Positions 38,078 to 50,052 of a stretch of 64,000 nucleotides of DNA are shown here, piece after piece. The translations under genes were made by a program, and so were the position numbers. Below the pieces are notes generated by a model that was not told where the DNA came from, did not search any database, and saw only the letters and a list, made by a program, of their open reading frames with translations. The stretch comes from an uncultured Candidatus Rokubacteria bacterium. GTDB lineage: Bacteria; Methylomirabilota; Methylomirabilia; Rokubacteriales; CSP1-6. Where the stretch lies: NCBI GenBank assembly GCA_963754315.1, contig CAVWFS010000019.1:544001-608000 (forward strand), written 5' to 3'. The first letter of the stretch is position 1, and each line of letters starts with the position of its first letter.

Positions 38078-39689
38078 TCAGGATCCTGAGAAGCGCTCCT
38101 GCGCCTGCGCGCGCAACTTCACCTTCTGGATCTTGCCCGAGCCCGTCATGGGAAACTCGTCGACGATGACCACCTGGCGGGGAATCTTGAAGCTGGCGAT
38201 CTGGCCACGACAAAAATCGATGAGCTCGCGCTCCGCCACCCGAGCGCCTGGCTCGAGTCGCACGAAGGCTACTCCGACCTCGGCAAGGAGCGGATCGGTC
38301 AGGCCGACCACGGCGGCCAGATTGACGGCGGGATGGCCCATCAAGAAGGCCTCGACCTCCATGGGGTCGACGTTCTCGCCGCCGATCTTGAGCATGTCTT
38401 TGTAGCGCCCCATGAAGCGCAGGTGGCCGTCGGGCCGGATGATCCCCATGTCACCGGTGTGCACCCAGCCCGCTTCGTCGATGGTTCGCGCCGTCTCCTC
38501 CTCATTGCCGAAGTACCCTCGCATGGTGAGGTAACTTCGGACGAGGATTTCGCCGGGGCTTCCGGCCGGCTGGTCATGCCCGGTGTCGGGATCGATCACC
38601 CTGATCTCGTAGCCGGGCGCAGGGTAGCCGGAGGCCTCCACGCACTGCTCCTCGGTGGAATCGAGGAAGCTCAGGGACGCCCCCACCCCGAACTCGCTCA
38701 TGCCGTAGCCGGAGAGCAGGGGCCCAAAGATCTGACGGGCCCGGCGCGCGATTGGCACCGAGCTGGACATGCCGGTGGCGAGGATGCCGGTGCGTACGCT
38801 CGAAATGTCGCGCGGGCTCCGAGCCTGAGCCTCCAACAATTCCTGGAAGTGCGTGTCGAAGCCGTGAACAATGGTCGCTTGCTCGGCCTCGAGCAACGTC
38901 AGGCTCTCGGAGGCGTCGAAGGTCTCGGTGAGCACCTGACGCGCTCCGGTTGTCATCGACATCAGCGCACCCTCGGAGAAACCGAACAGATGGAAGAGAG
39001 GCAGGTACATGAGGATGGTGTCGGCCGGGGTGATTCCCATGCGGTTGGCCCGATCGATCACGTTCCGCACGATGGCGTGAGCATGCATGACACCTTTGGG
39101 AAACCCGGTCGTTCCCGAGGTGTAGGGCAAGAAGGCCAGGTCGTCGGGATCGACCGCTGCCGCCCGCTCCTGGAGCTGAGCTGCGGCTCATGCGGTCACC
39201 GTCGGCAAGCATGGTGGTCCACGGTACGGCCCGGACGGGCGAGGCCTCCACGTCCTGATCCCCTCCTAGCACGACCAGTCGCCGCAGGCGTGGCAGAGTC
39301 CCCTTCAGCTCGCGCACCATGGCCAGATAGTCGATGGGCCCCGAGCGCGCGACGATGAGCAAGGTCTGCGCCTCCGAGTGGCGCAGGATGTAGCCGACGT
39401 CACTCGTGCGTAGCCGCGTATTGACGGGAACGAGCACGGCTCCCACCTTCATCGTCGCGAACATCGCCTCGATCCACTCCGGACGGTTGAGCATCCAGAG
39501 GGCAACCTTCTCCCCGGGCTCGATCCCGAGCGCCATCAGGCCCCGCGCCGTGCGATCGACACCCTCGGAGATCTCGGCGAACGTCCAGCGGCGTCCCTGG
39601 AAGAGGAGCGCTTCCCGGTCGCCCCAGCGCCGACAGGCTCGTTCCGGCAGCGAGCCGATGGTCTGCTTCTCGAACCAGATGCGCTCCAT
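38078..39689 (-). CDS. AMP-binding acyl-CoA synthetase (frameshifts near 39150-39190)
   Basis: YTSGTTGFPKG, GYGMSE, HTGD, SGKIQK. Confidence 0.88.
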
Positions 39690-39736
39690 GCCTCCCCTCC
39701 CCGAGTTCGCACTCCTTGCCGCGATATACTGCCTTA

Positions 39737-40780
39737 ATGACGACCGTCCTGCGCAAGCCCGAGTCCGGTGGTATCGACTATCCCTGGCCGGAGCCCCCGC
39801 CGCTCGGGGGCACCATCACCGTGGCGCCGGGAATCAAGTGGCTCCGCATGCCGCTCCCCTTCCGGCTCGATCACATCAACCTCTACCTGCTCGAGGACGA
39901 CAAGGGCTGGACGGTGGTCGACGCCGGCATCGGGCTCGACCGCACGCGCGAGCTCTGGCAGGGGGTCCTCGACGGTGCGCTGGACGGGAAGCCAGTGACC
40001 CGGGTGATCGTCACCCACTTCCATCCGGATCACATGGGCAACGCGCACTGGCTGACCGAACGCTGTGGCATCGACCTCTGGTGTAGCCAGGCGGAGTGGC
40101 TCATGGCGCAGCTGGCGTGGCGCACCGGGGGCGACCTCGACAAGCGGCTCGCGCACTACGCGCGCAACGGGGCGAGCGAAACCCACCTCGCGCTGCTGCG
40201 GGAGCGCGGGCAGCACTACCTGAAGGTGGTGCCATCGGTAGCGCCGACGTTCTACGGCGTCCGCGACGGCGATACGCTCACGACTGGCGAGCGTACGTGG
40301 GAGGCGCTGACCGTCTTTGGCCACTCCCCCGAGCAGGTGGTCCTCAATTCCCGCGAGGGAGGGATCCTCATCTCGGGTGACCAGATCCTGCCCAAGATCA
40401 CGACCAACGTGAGCGTCTGGCCCGACCAGCCGCTCGGCAATCCGCTGCGCCTGTATCTGGGCTCGCTCGAGCGCTTCCGGGGTATCGCCGACGAGACCCT
40501 CGTGCTCCCGTCGCACGGACTCCCGTTTCGCGGCCTTCAGACCCGGCTGGCCCGGCTGCACGCGCACCATGACGAGCGCCTGGCCCGTGCCCTGGAAGGA
40601 CTACGCGAGCCCCAGACAGGCGCCGACGTGCTGCCTATCCTCTTCTCCCGCGACCTCGACGCGCATCAGTTCGGCTTCGCCTTCGGCGAAACGCTCGCCC
40701 ACCTGCACTACCTCGAGTGGCAGGGACGCGCCCTGCGCGTGAACGGCGAGGACGGCCGCCACCGCTTCCAGCGGATCTAG
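39737..40780 (+). CDS. MBL-fold metallo-hydrolase
   Basis: THFHPDHMG, GHSP, SGD, PSHG. Confidence 0.9.
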   Translation: MTTVLRKPESGGIDYPWPEPPPLGGTITVAPGIKWLRMPLPFRLDHINLYLLEDDKGWTVVDAGIGLDRTRELWQGVLDGALDGKPVTRVIVTHFHPDHMGNAHWLTERCGIDLWCSQAEWLMAQLAWRTGGDLDKRLAHYARNGASETHLALLRERGQHYLKVVPSVAPTFYGVRDGDTLTTGERTWEALTVFGHSPEQVVLNSREGGILISGDQILPKITTNVSVWPDQPLGNPLRLYLGSLERFRGIADETLVLPSHGLPFRGLQTRLARLHAHHDERLARALEGLREPQTGADVLPILFSRDLDAHQFGFAFGETLAHLHYLEWQGRALRVNGEDGRHRFQRI

Positions 40781-40792
40781 TCCGACCCTCCG

Positions 40793-41197
40793 TCAGAAGG
40801 GGCCGAGGCGCAGGAACAGGCTCAACAGGGCGCCGATTCCGATCAGCTGGATCAACCCGGCGGTGATGAGCGCCAGCGAGGGGGGAAACCTGTGATGCGC
40901 TCGCTTGCTCAGCCCTCGCAGGAACTGCCAGTGCTGGACGGTGGCGGGCACGAGCAAGAGCACGCCCAATACAACCATGACCCGACCCAGGTTCAATGGG
41001 CCGTGGCGGATCCCGACACCGACCGTGGATTCGCCGAGATACTGGAAGAACTTGTAGATCGTGAACCCGAAGCTGATCATCGACAGCGAGGTCCGGATCC
41101 ACGCCATCAGCGTGCGCTCGGCGGCCAGCCGCGAGCGCTCAAAGGCGAGGTCAGTACCGGTATCCAGGGGGGCCTCCGCCTGCTTTGGTCCGGCCAT
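40793..41197 (-). CDS. DUF202/YidH membrane protein
   Basis: LAAERTLMAWIRTSLSMISFGF. Confidence 0.88.
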   Translation of the reverse strand: MAGPKQAEAPLDTGTDLAFERSRLAAERTLMAWIRTSLSMISFGFTIYKFFQYLGESTVGVGIRHGPLNLGRVMVVLGVLLLVPATVQHWQFLRGLSKRAHHRFPPSLALITAGLIQLIGIGALLSLFLRLGPF

Positions 41198-41224
41198 TTT
41201 CCTCTCTCCCCTGTCGCGTGTCCG

Positions 41225-41782
41225 TCAACTCGCTCCCGCGGGGCCGTGCCCTCCCTCCTGCCGGAGGTCGGCATGCGACGAGGAGGCCCGGCTCACGAGC
41301 AGGCGCCGGAGCGTGCCTTCGCCCAGCCGGCGATCAATTCCCGCGTAGAGGTGATACCCCGCAAAGGTCAGGCCGACACAGATCACCTTGGCGAGGATCA
41401 CGTTTCGGTCCCGGTGCGCCCACACTTCCGTCATGGCCCTTTCGAGTCCGCCCGTTGCGCGATAGGCGTGGAAGAGCTGCTCCGCCAACAGGAATCCGAA
41501 CGCCACCGCACCGTAGACCAGCGTCTTGTATGTGACTGCCGTGGCCAGCGGCTGGCTGGCGTCGAAGCGGGTGCCGGCGCGCGTGTGGTCCAAGGTCACC
41601 ACGATTTTGGCGGCGATGAGGGCGCTGACCACCGCCGTGGACAGAGCATAGACCTTGATCTGATAGTCTTCGAGGAAGAGCTTTTTCAGGGTGAGAATGA
41701 TGCCGAAGCAAAACAGGAAATAGAGCGTCACCAAACCCACCGCCTTGAGCTCGCGTCCGATCACCGCGCGCCAATTCCCCAA
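41225..41782 (-). CDS. Hypothetical membrane protein
   Basis: Four hydrophobic helices; start uncertain. Confidence 0.65.
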   Translation of the reverse strand: MGNWRAVIGRELKAVGLVTLYFLFCFGIILTLKKLFLEDYQIKVYALSTAVVSALIAAKIVVTLDHTRAGTRFDASQPLATAVTYKTLVYGAVAFGFLLAEQLFHAYRATGGLERAMTEVWAHRDRNVILAKVICVGLTFAGYHLYAGIDRRLGEGTLRRLLVSRASSSHADLRQEGGHGPAGAS

Positions 41783-42212
41783 CCTCGAACTCGCTTTCTC
41801 CCGGCGACCGGTCAGTCAGCACGATCGCCGGCAAAGGAAGTGCCACAGTTGTGCCAAGGGTATCTTTACCATCTCGACGCCATGCACACGTAGCTTTCCC
41901 GACATCAACAGTACCCGATCGTGCAGGCGTCGCACCACCGTGCCGCGATACGCCGGTCCGAGCTGCCCGACGTGGATTCCCGGGTCAGGTCGACGAGTTA
42001 CGCGGGCAACTAGGGATCTCGAGGCGAGCGTCGATGACGTCGTGGGCGGACCGCGATAGTATTTCTATTGCGTGATGCTTCCCGTCGGGTCGGATGCACG
42101 GCCGATCCACTCAAGACGGGAGGCCACGCGGAGGAGGCGCACCATGAGAATGCACGTCGGAGCGGACGCCCATGCCGGGCACACAGGGAGTGGCCGAACG
42201 ATCACACAAGCG

Positions 42213-42688
42213 ATGAAGGCACTCGTGGCGCGCGTTGCGCTCGTGAGTGCATGCGGACTCTATCTGGCCGGGTGTGCCGGGAGTGCCGGAGTGTCGCGCT
42301 CGGACCGGATGCGGTCAAGGGTAAGACAGTGGACGGCACCGTCGACATGAAAGAGGTGCAGGCGGCCTACATCGGCAGCGGCAGCGCGGGCACCGGCGTC
42401 CTGGTCTTTCGCGGCAAGGAGCATCCGTTTCAGGTCGGCGGGGTCGGGATCGGCGGTATCGGACTCTCCACGATTGACGCGGCGGGCGAGGTATACAACC
42501 TCCGCGAGCTCTCCCAGTTCCCCGGCACCTATGGCCAGGCCCGCTACGGCTTTGCCATCGGCACATCGAGCGCCGGCGATCTCTGGATGCAGAACGAGGC
42601 GGGCGTGATCCTGCGCCTGAAGGCGAAGCGTGAAGGGCTCATCCTGAGCCTCGGAGGCGACGCCGTCGTCATTTCGCTGAATCCGTAA
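42213..42688 (+). CDS. Lipoprotein, DUF1134-like (frameshift near 42295)
   Basis: Lipobox LAGC; AYIGSG..GTGVL, GEVYNL..FPGTY, MQNEAGV. Confidence 0.65.
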
Positions 42689-42758
42689 GCCTCGCGTGAG
42701 ACGACGCTGACCTGGGGCACAGCGCGCGTCGGATTGGTCGACGCGGCCGGGGCGGCCT

Positions 42759-43700
42759 CTATTCCCGCTTGCCGCCTGCCATCATTCTCAGGAAGGCGGG
42801 CGAGAGGCGCGGGTCCAGGACGTCGCGAATGCCGTCACCGAGAAGATTGAAGGCCAGCACAGTCACCGTGATCGCGAGTCCCGGGAAGAATGCCAGCCAC
42901 CACGGCGGAACCAGGGCGGTGATCGAGTCGGCCAGCATGTTGCCCCAGGTCGGGGTTGGGGGCGGCACGCCCACCCCGAGGAAGCCGAGAGCGGCCTCGA
43001 TCACGATGGCCACCCCGAGGTGCGTGCTCGCGAGGACCAGGTAGGGGGCGATGCACTGGGGTAGCACGTGCAGAGCCATGATCCGGGCGGCCGAGCCCCC
43101 GCTCGCCCGCGCCAGCCTCCACGTAGGGCATCTCGCGCACCGAGAGGGCGACGGAGCGGATCACCCGCCCTCCGAACGGAATACGGGTGATGGCAATGGC
43201 GAAGATCACGGCTTGCAGCCCGGTGCCGATCGCCATGGAGATGGCCATGGCCAGGATGAGATCGGGAAAGGACTGCATGACCTCCATGATGCGCTGGCTC
43301 ACGAGGTCGAAGCGTCCGCGCAGGTAGCCGCAGGCCACGCCCCACAGCGACCCGACCGTGGTGCCGAGGAGCACCGCAGGAGAACGCGACGAAGAGCGAG
43401 GTGCGGGCGCCATAGATCACCCGGCTCGAGTGTGTCGCGCCCGACCTGGTCGGTACCGAAGACAGGCTCTGGTGTCCGGGCGGCTTGTCCATGCGCCGAA
43501 AATCCGCCTTGAGGGGATCACGAGGCGCAAGCAGTGGAGCGGCCAGCGCCACGAGAATGATGCACAGCCCCACGAAGCCGCCGATCGCCGCGAGCGTGTT
43601 GCGCCGGGAGAAGCGGAGGAGCTCGGCCAGGAGGGTCTTGAGGACCGGCTGCACCACGGGCGGTCGCGATACGGGGCTCGGCAGCTGTGATGGCGGGCAT
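42759..43700 (-). CDS. Peptide/nickel ABC permease (OppC/DppC-like), multiple frameshifts
   Basis: EAALGFLGVGVPPPTPTWG, AFNLLGDGIRDVLDPR. Confidence 0.82.
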
Positions 43701-44659
43701 CAGCCGATACCGGATCCGCGGGTCGAGCCAGGCATAGCTGAGGTCGACGAGCACATTGACGAGCACGAAGATGACGGCATAGAGAAGGACGAGATTCTGC
43801 ACCACGATGATGTCGCGCTCGATTACCGCGGTGACCAGCGCCCGGCCGAGCCCAGGTACGCCGAACGCCTGCTCGACGGCGACCGAGCCGCCTAGCACAA
43901 AACCGAGGAGGACGCCGGAGATCGTGATGACCGGCAGCAGCGCGTTGGGCAGCGCGTGGCGCATCACCACGAACCCTTCGCGCAGTCCCTTGGCCCGGGC
44001 CGTCCGAACGAAGTCTTCGCTGATGACCTCCAACAGACACGATCGCGACATCCGCGCGATATAGGCCCCTTGGGCGAGGCCGAGCACGATCCCGGGGCCG
44101 AGGACGATCTGTAGGTTCTCCCAGGGGCTTGCCAAAGCGTCACGATGACGATGGGGGACTTGTAGCCAAACCAGAAGAGGAGCGGCGAGAACGATCAGCA
44201 TGCCTAGCCAGAAGCCCGGGATGGCGATGAACAGCACGGACAGCGTGCGGGCGACGCTGTCGGGCACGCTATTGGGCTTGAACGCGCTCAGGATACCCAC
44301 GGGGAGGCCGACCAGCCACGAGACGATCAAAGCCAGCACCGCGATCTCGGCGCTGATCGGCCCTCGATGGAGGATCTGCTCGGCGACAGTGTCGCCCCGG
44401 AAGAACGACTTCCCGAGCTGTCCCGTGGCGATGTCACCGAGCCAGCGGACGTATTGCACAGGCTATGGGGTCGCTCAGCCCGAGGTCGGCCATGATGCGG
44501 ACTCGATCGGCGGGCGTCATCCGCGCGTGGCCCTCCACGCCGAGGATGGCCACCAGGGGATCGCCGGGAAGGATCCGCAAGATGACGAAGATATGATGGA
44601 GACACCGAGCAGGGTGACGGCGGCGTACAAGAGCCGCGCGGCGCCAGATACTTCCTCAC
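43700..44659 (-). CDS. Peptide/nickel ABC permease (OppB/DppB-like), multiple frameshifts
   Basis: DFVRTARAKGL, HALPNALLPV, VDLSYAWLDPRI. Confidence 0.85.
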
Positions 44660-44761
44660 GTCTCGGCTCAGGTATGAGCGATGAGCCCAGGGAGGGTGGC
44701 GACGCCGCCGGCATTCTGCCAGGGAAGGGATGGGGGGCCTGGTGAGGGCCCCCCAGGCAAT

Positions 44762-46451
44762 CTATCCGAGCCAGACGTTATCCCACCGCACGACGTCGTA
44801 GATGCCGAAGAACGTGCTCGGGTTCTGGCCTTTGACCTTGTTGTACCAGCCGTCGTAAATCTGCTCGTATGCCACCGGGATGAGCGGCGGATCGTTCTCG
44901 AGGATGTCCTCCGCCTTGCGCACCATGGCCTTGCGCTTGTCTGTCGTCGAGCTCCCGCTCGATCTGATTGGCCAGGTCGTGAAACGCCGGGTTCGTCCAG
45001 CGGGAGTAGTTCTGGGGGCCGTCCTTGCCGTACCAGGCGCTGAAGATAGTCCGACGGGTCCATCAAGGTGGACACGATGGCGCTGATGGCCGAGGTCGAA
45101 GCTGCCGGCCTGCGGCCTCGTCGAACCAGACCGAGGTCTGCACCACGCGAAGGTTTGATCTCGATGTTGAGATGCTCCTTCAGCATCGCCTGGATGGCCA
45201 CCGCCCACAGCTTGAACGTCGGCGATGTCGCGGACGACGAAGTCGAGATTCTTGAGGCCGCTGCCGTAGCCGGCCTCCTTCATGAGCCGCCGCGCCTCCT
45301 GCACCGCCGGCTTGATGTCCTTCTGGTAGCCCAGTTTCTTTTCCAGATCGGCGCGCGGTGTCGACATCTCGTGGAACGGGTAGACAAAGCCGCCCACCTG
45401 CATGGGCGCCGTGTCTTTCACGACTTCCACCAGGGTGGGCCGGTCCATGGCCAAGTGGATGGCCCGGCGCACGCGAGGATCGGCCAGCGCCTTGTTCTTC
45501 TGGGTGTTCGTCCAGAAGGCCTGGATGACGGACTGGTTGAAGGCGGCCGCCGTCATGCCCTGGGTCTCCTTGACCTTGCGCCAGCTGACGGGATCGAGCA
45601 GCCGCGCGTAGTCGACCCGACCGGACAGGATGGACGCCGCCCAGCTCCGGCGTGAAGGGCAGGAAATGGTAGATCTCGAGCCTGATCCACGAGCGGCAGC
45701 CCCTTGTTCCAGTAGTCGGGGTTGCGCTCCATGATCCATACTTCCTTGTCCTTGCGCGAGACGTGCTTGAAGGGGCCGGTGCCCGGATACGCCATCACCT
45801 GCCGGAGATTACCCTGGTTCTCGTCCAGGGTCTTCTTGCGCACGATGATGTTCCAGCCGCTGGCGAAGGCGCCCGAGCATGTACGCCTTGGGCCGCGCCT
45901 CGGTCAGCCGGAATTCCACCGTGTGCGGGTTCACGACGACGATGTCGCCCACCGTCGCGAACAGCGGCGTGCGGGGGATGACCACGCCCTTCGGCGGGCG
46001 CGCGATACGATCATAGGTCGCCTTCACGTCCTCGGCGGTGAAGTCGGCGCCGTCGTGGAACTTCACACCCTTGCGCAGGTGGAACGTGTACTTCTTGCCG
46101 TCCGGCGAGATCTCCCACCGCTGAGCCAGATCGGGGATGATCGTCTGCCCGTCCTTCGGACTCCGGCGGAGCAAGGTAGTCGTACATCGGGCTCTGGGGA
46201 CCGATGTTGGCGACGGTACCAGACTGGTGGACGTCGAAGTGGGCGGGAGCGTTGTGCACGGCATAGCGGAGGGTGCCCCCACGCTTGGCAGCGGGGTCCG
46301 GCCGCACGGTGGCATCCTGGGCCAGAAGGGTCCCGGGAGCCGAGAACCGCGCTGCGACGACGGCTCCGGCGCCACCGGCACCTACCCGCTTGAGGAAGGT
46401 CCTCCGGTCCACGCCGGCGGAGCGGTCTCGATCGTTCGGAAGATCGTCCAT
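44762..46451 (-). CDS. Family 5 ABC substrate-binding protein with Tat signal, multiple frameshifts
   Basis: DRRTFLK; PDLAQRWEIS..YTFHLRKGVKFHDG; GTGPF. Confidence 0.82.
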
Positions 46452-46510
46452 CGCTTTCTCCTGTCGGGCTATTGGAAAAGACACGTCGAGGTCGAGTTGA
46501 CGCGTCGATA

Positions 46511-48657
46511 TCAACTGAGCGGTGAGGACGGAGTGCATGCGCCGCCGAATCGGGGCTTCATCATTGACCCCCGCGTGAAGTTCCCGGACCATAGCAGAAG
46601 TCCAAGCAGAGCGCCAGCAGCACGCCCGGTCGGATCCGCCAGTCTCGGGCTCGGTCGGCACCCACCGCCTGAGCCGACGACATTGGAAACGCGCCGGGTC
46701 AATCCGCGGGTTCCGATCCCGTCCTGAAATAGATCCCACTGTCGGCCCGCCCGCTCCACGACGACCTCGATGTCCTCCTCGAGCATGTGGCGCGCTGCCA
46801 CCAGGGCTGCGGCCGGCAGCCCGAACTTGCGCGAGGTACGCCTGGCGTGACGGATAGCGCTCGGCGATGGAAGCGCGTGGATCCCCCGTGCGCTCTCGCT
46901 CGGCACGGGTACGGGCAAAGGGCAAGGTAGACCCGAGCATGCTCATGAGATCACCAGGCGCCCCCTGGGCGGGATGGCGCGGGTTCCACCCCGTGAACGT
47001 GCCGAGCGGCACCTGCACTTCTACCGGGGTGATTCCCGCTCGCTCGTTGCCGTCCTCGTCCACCGCGCAGACGAAGGCCGGATAGGGCGCGCCCACCTTC
47101 GGGGGCAGCTCGGCGCAAACGCCTTCGTGGACCTCTGGCCCGAAGTCAAGCCGCGCGGGCCGCCCAAGATGGTCGGGAAAGCGGACGCCCGGAATACGGG
47201 CGAAGGTGGCAGCCGTCGACTCGGCGGTGACCGCCGTACCCTCGGCCAAGCGCGGAACCGCGCTCGGAGGAGGATCGATGCCCTCGGCCACCCAGCGGTC
47301 CAGGTTGGCCAGGGCTGCCCGCAGCAGCGGGGCGTAGTCCACGACGTTGAACGGCTGTAGTCCCCGGCCCCCCGTGTTGGGATCGAACGCGGGCGGCGGC
47401 AGCGCACCGGGTGTGTGCTGCGTCCCGGCAAAGAAGTAGACGCGCGAGGTCGCAGGGGGATCGACATCGGCCAGACCGTCGACGTCGGTATGCACGAGAG
47501 AGGCGTCTCCCCGCCAGTACTCGGCGGAGGTGTTGATCTCGAACACCTTCGGCAGGCGGCCCCGCCGCATCAGGCGCGCCAGCAGCGCGTCGCGAGTGCC
47601 GGTCTCCGGGTCTAGTCTGCTCGCCGTGGGTGAAGGGAAAGAGGTCCCCCACCGCGTGCCGGGCGTTGAGTGACGGCTGCCCAAAGCGCAGGTTGAACTC
47701 ACCGCGACGAGCGCCGGCCACGAACGGAAACACCGCATCGAAGACGTCCCGCCCCGCCTCGTCGCGGGTGAGGCCGAGATACAACAGGTGGCGTAAAAAG
47801 CGCCCGCTCTGCGAGATTCCGAAGACGCAGGCGCGTCGGAGCCGGCCGGCGCAGGGGTTGCCCTGAGTCGCCGGGGCGAAGCGCAACCACGAGGCCGTGT
47901 CGCGCACAGCCAGGAACCCCAAGCCGACCAGGGGTGGGTCCTGGGCGCGGTACACGAGATCGTAGATACGCCCTGGGGCAAAGCCACCGGTCAGCCTCAC
48001 GTGCGAGGCATCGGTGAATCGCCAGGCCTCACGGGCGACCGCCACCTCGGGCGCCTCCGTGTGCTCACGCACGGTGAGCCGCGCCTCAGGATCCGCCAGG
48101 TCAAGCGTCGGCTGGGGTATGTGATAGCGGTCCGCGAGTGGGAGGGTGTCGGTGGCCACGTTGGGACGGAACTCGCAGCGGACGAGGCCGGTGAGGCGAG
48201 GTTCGGTGCTCACCACCCGCGGGACGGTGAGCGCCATCATTCCGTCCATCCGCGGGACATCGTGCTGCCAGCCGATCCAGGCCACGGTGTCACCCCGTCG
48301 CATGAGGAACCCGTTCCCGAAGTCCGCCGGTTCAGTCGGGTCCGGTACGCGCACCGCGCTGTTGAAGAGGGCGAGGGCCATCTTCCGACCCCGGTTGACG
48401 ACGTCGAGGAGCAAACACCCGCTGGCCCGCGACGGATCAATGGGCTGGAGCAGGCAGAAGTCAGCCCACGACTCGACGTGCCCTGATCCGTTGCGGGGGG
48501 CCCGCGCCAGGTCCGTGATGGGTGCGTTGGCCTCGTGCGCCGGATCGGCGGCGAAGCGCAGGATGCCGGTGATCTTCTCATAGGCACCGGCGGCCCCGAA
48601 CGGCTGCCCGTCCAGCACCACGGTGCGCGTGTGGACCTCGAGAGTGGTGGCGCTCAT
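46511..48657 (-). CDS. Alpha/beta hydrolase domain protein, frameshifted; 3' end uncertain
   Basis: GAYEKITG, DVVNRG, GISQSGRFLR, NTSAEYW, VDEDGNE. Confidence 0.75.
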
Positions 48658-48699
48658 GGCGCAACGATAATAACGGAAGGGCGGAGGGCCCGCCAGCGG

Positions 48700-49371
48700 T
48701 CAGCCGATCATCCACTCCGCGAACGCGGCCAGGGTGCGCACCTCGGTGAGGGCGCCTGAGGCGGCGTCGGCCTGCTCGCCGGTACGATTGATCCAGGCCG
48801 ACGGAATGCCCAGGCGCCGGGCCGGCTGGATATCGTGGAAGTAGCTCTGCGCCGCGTGCAGCCAGCGGTCCCCACCAATGCGAGCGCGGGCGGTCTCGAA
48901 ATGCGCCGCCGCCGGCTTGTACGATTTCACCTGCTCCGCGGTAATGACCAGACTCGGCTCGAAGGTCACCGGGAAGTGCCGCCGTGTACCACTGAGGAGC
49001 TCATCGTCGACATTGGACAGGATCCCGAGCCGGAAGCCGGCTCGGGCCAGCTTCTCCAGAGCCTGATTGGTGTCGGGAAAGGGCGTCCAGCTCGGAAGGC
49101 TGTCGGCCAGGAAGGACGCCCGCGACATTGGTAATGTCCAGTCGAGTCGGGCCGCCACCCGCAAGGCCGTCTCCGTCAGCACATCGCGGTAGCGGCGAAA
49201 GGGCTCCGCCTGAACCACCGGCTCGATCTCGTGATAGGCCGCCAGGACATGGTAGAGCGGAAGGTCGACACGATCCGCGGCCAGCGCAGTGCGAAATGCC
49301 TCGGCAATCCCCCCGTCCCAGTCGATGAGGGTTCCGTAGCAGTCGAACGTGACGATATCCCAGGGCTTCAT
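48700..49371 (-). CDS. HAD-family hydrolase (haloacid dehalogenase-like)
   Basis: TFDCYGTLID, LSNVD, SYKP, HD. Confidence 0.88.
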   Translation of the reverse strand: MKPWDIVTFDCYGTLIDWDGGIAEAFRTALAADRVDLPLYHVLAAYHEIEPVVQAEPFRRYRDVLTETALRVAARLDWTLPMSRASFLADSLPSWTPFPDTNQALEKLARAGFRLGILSNVDDELLSGTRRHFPVTFEPSLVITAEQVKSYKPAAAHFETARARIGGDRWLHAAQSYFHDIQPARRLGIPSAWINRTGEQADAASGALTEVRTLAAFAEWMIG

Positions 49372-49850
49372 GATGATGACTCCGTCGGCGTGAGGTGGAC
49401 GATGCGCGCCGTAAGCGCCGGCCCCTGCACACGCAGACACGCCAAGGTGGTGGGGAGCGCGAACCGACGTGGACCCGCACTGCCTGGATTGAGGAAGAGC
49501 ACACCATTGTGTTCCTCGATGCGGGGACGGTGCGAGTGGCCAGCGATGACAGCGCGGAAGCCCGCGACGCTCGGATCGAGGTCCAGCTCCTTCACGTCAT
49601 GGAGCACGTAGAGGTATTGCCCGTCGATCTCCACCACATCGGTGTCCGGGAGCGCCCGGGCCCATGTGTCCCGGTCGTTGTTGCCGCGCACGGCCACCAC
49701 CGGCGCCAGCGTTCGCAGACGCTCGAGGACCTCCGGGGTCCCGATGTCCCCTGCGTGAATGATCAGCTCGCACCCGGCGAGAGCATCCACGGCCTCGGGC
49801 CTGAGCAGACCGTGCGTGTCCGCGATCACGCCGAGAAGATGCTCAGCCAT
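49368..49850 (-). CDS. YfcE-like metallophosphoesterase
   Basis: DTHG, HAGD, GNND, GHSH, NPGSAG. Confidence 0.9.
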   Translation of the reverse strand: MAEHLLGVIADTHGLLRPEAVDALAGCELIIHAGDIGTPEVLERLRTLAPVVAVRGNNDRDTWARALPDTDVVEIDGQYLYVLHDVKELDLDPSVAGFRAVIAGHSHRPRIEEHNGVLFLNPGSAGPRRFALPTTLACLRVQGPALTARIVHLTPTESSS

Positions 49851-50052
49851 CCTGGGGCGCCGCTGGCTCCCGTACCATGGGGGACGTGCCATGCTTGGCC
49901 AGGGAGGCGCGGATGAGCACCGTAGGCCCGAGCACGACCCTGTCTGAGAACCGGAGTCCCATCACCACGACTATTATCAGCCGGTCGTCGCTCTTTGCGC
50001 TGGCCGTCTGCATGCTGCTGTCGACCCGATCGAGCGGCGGGAATCCCGAACG

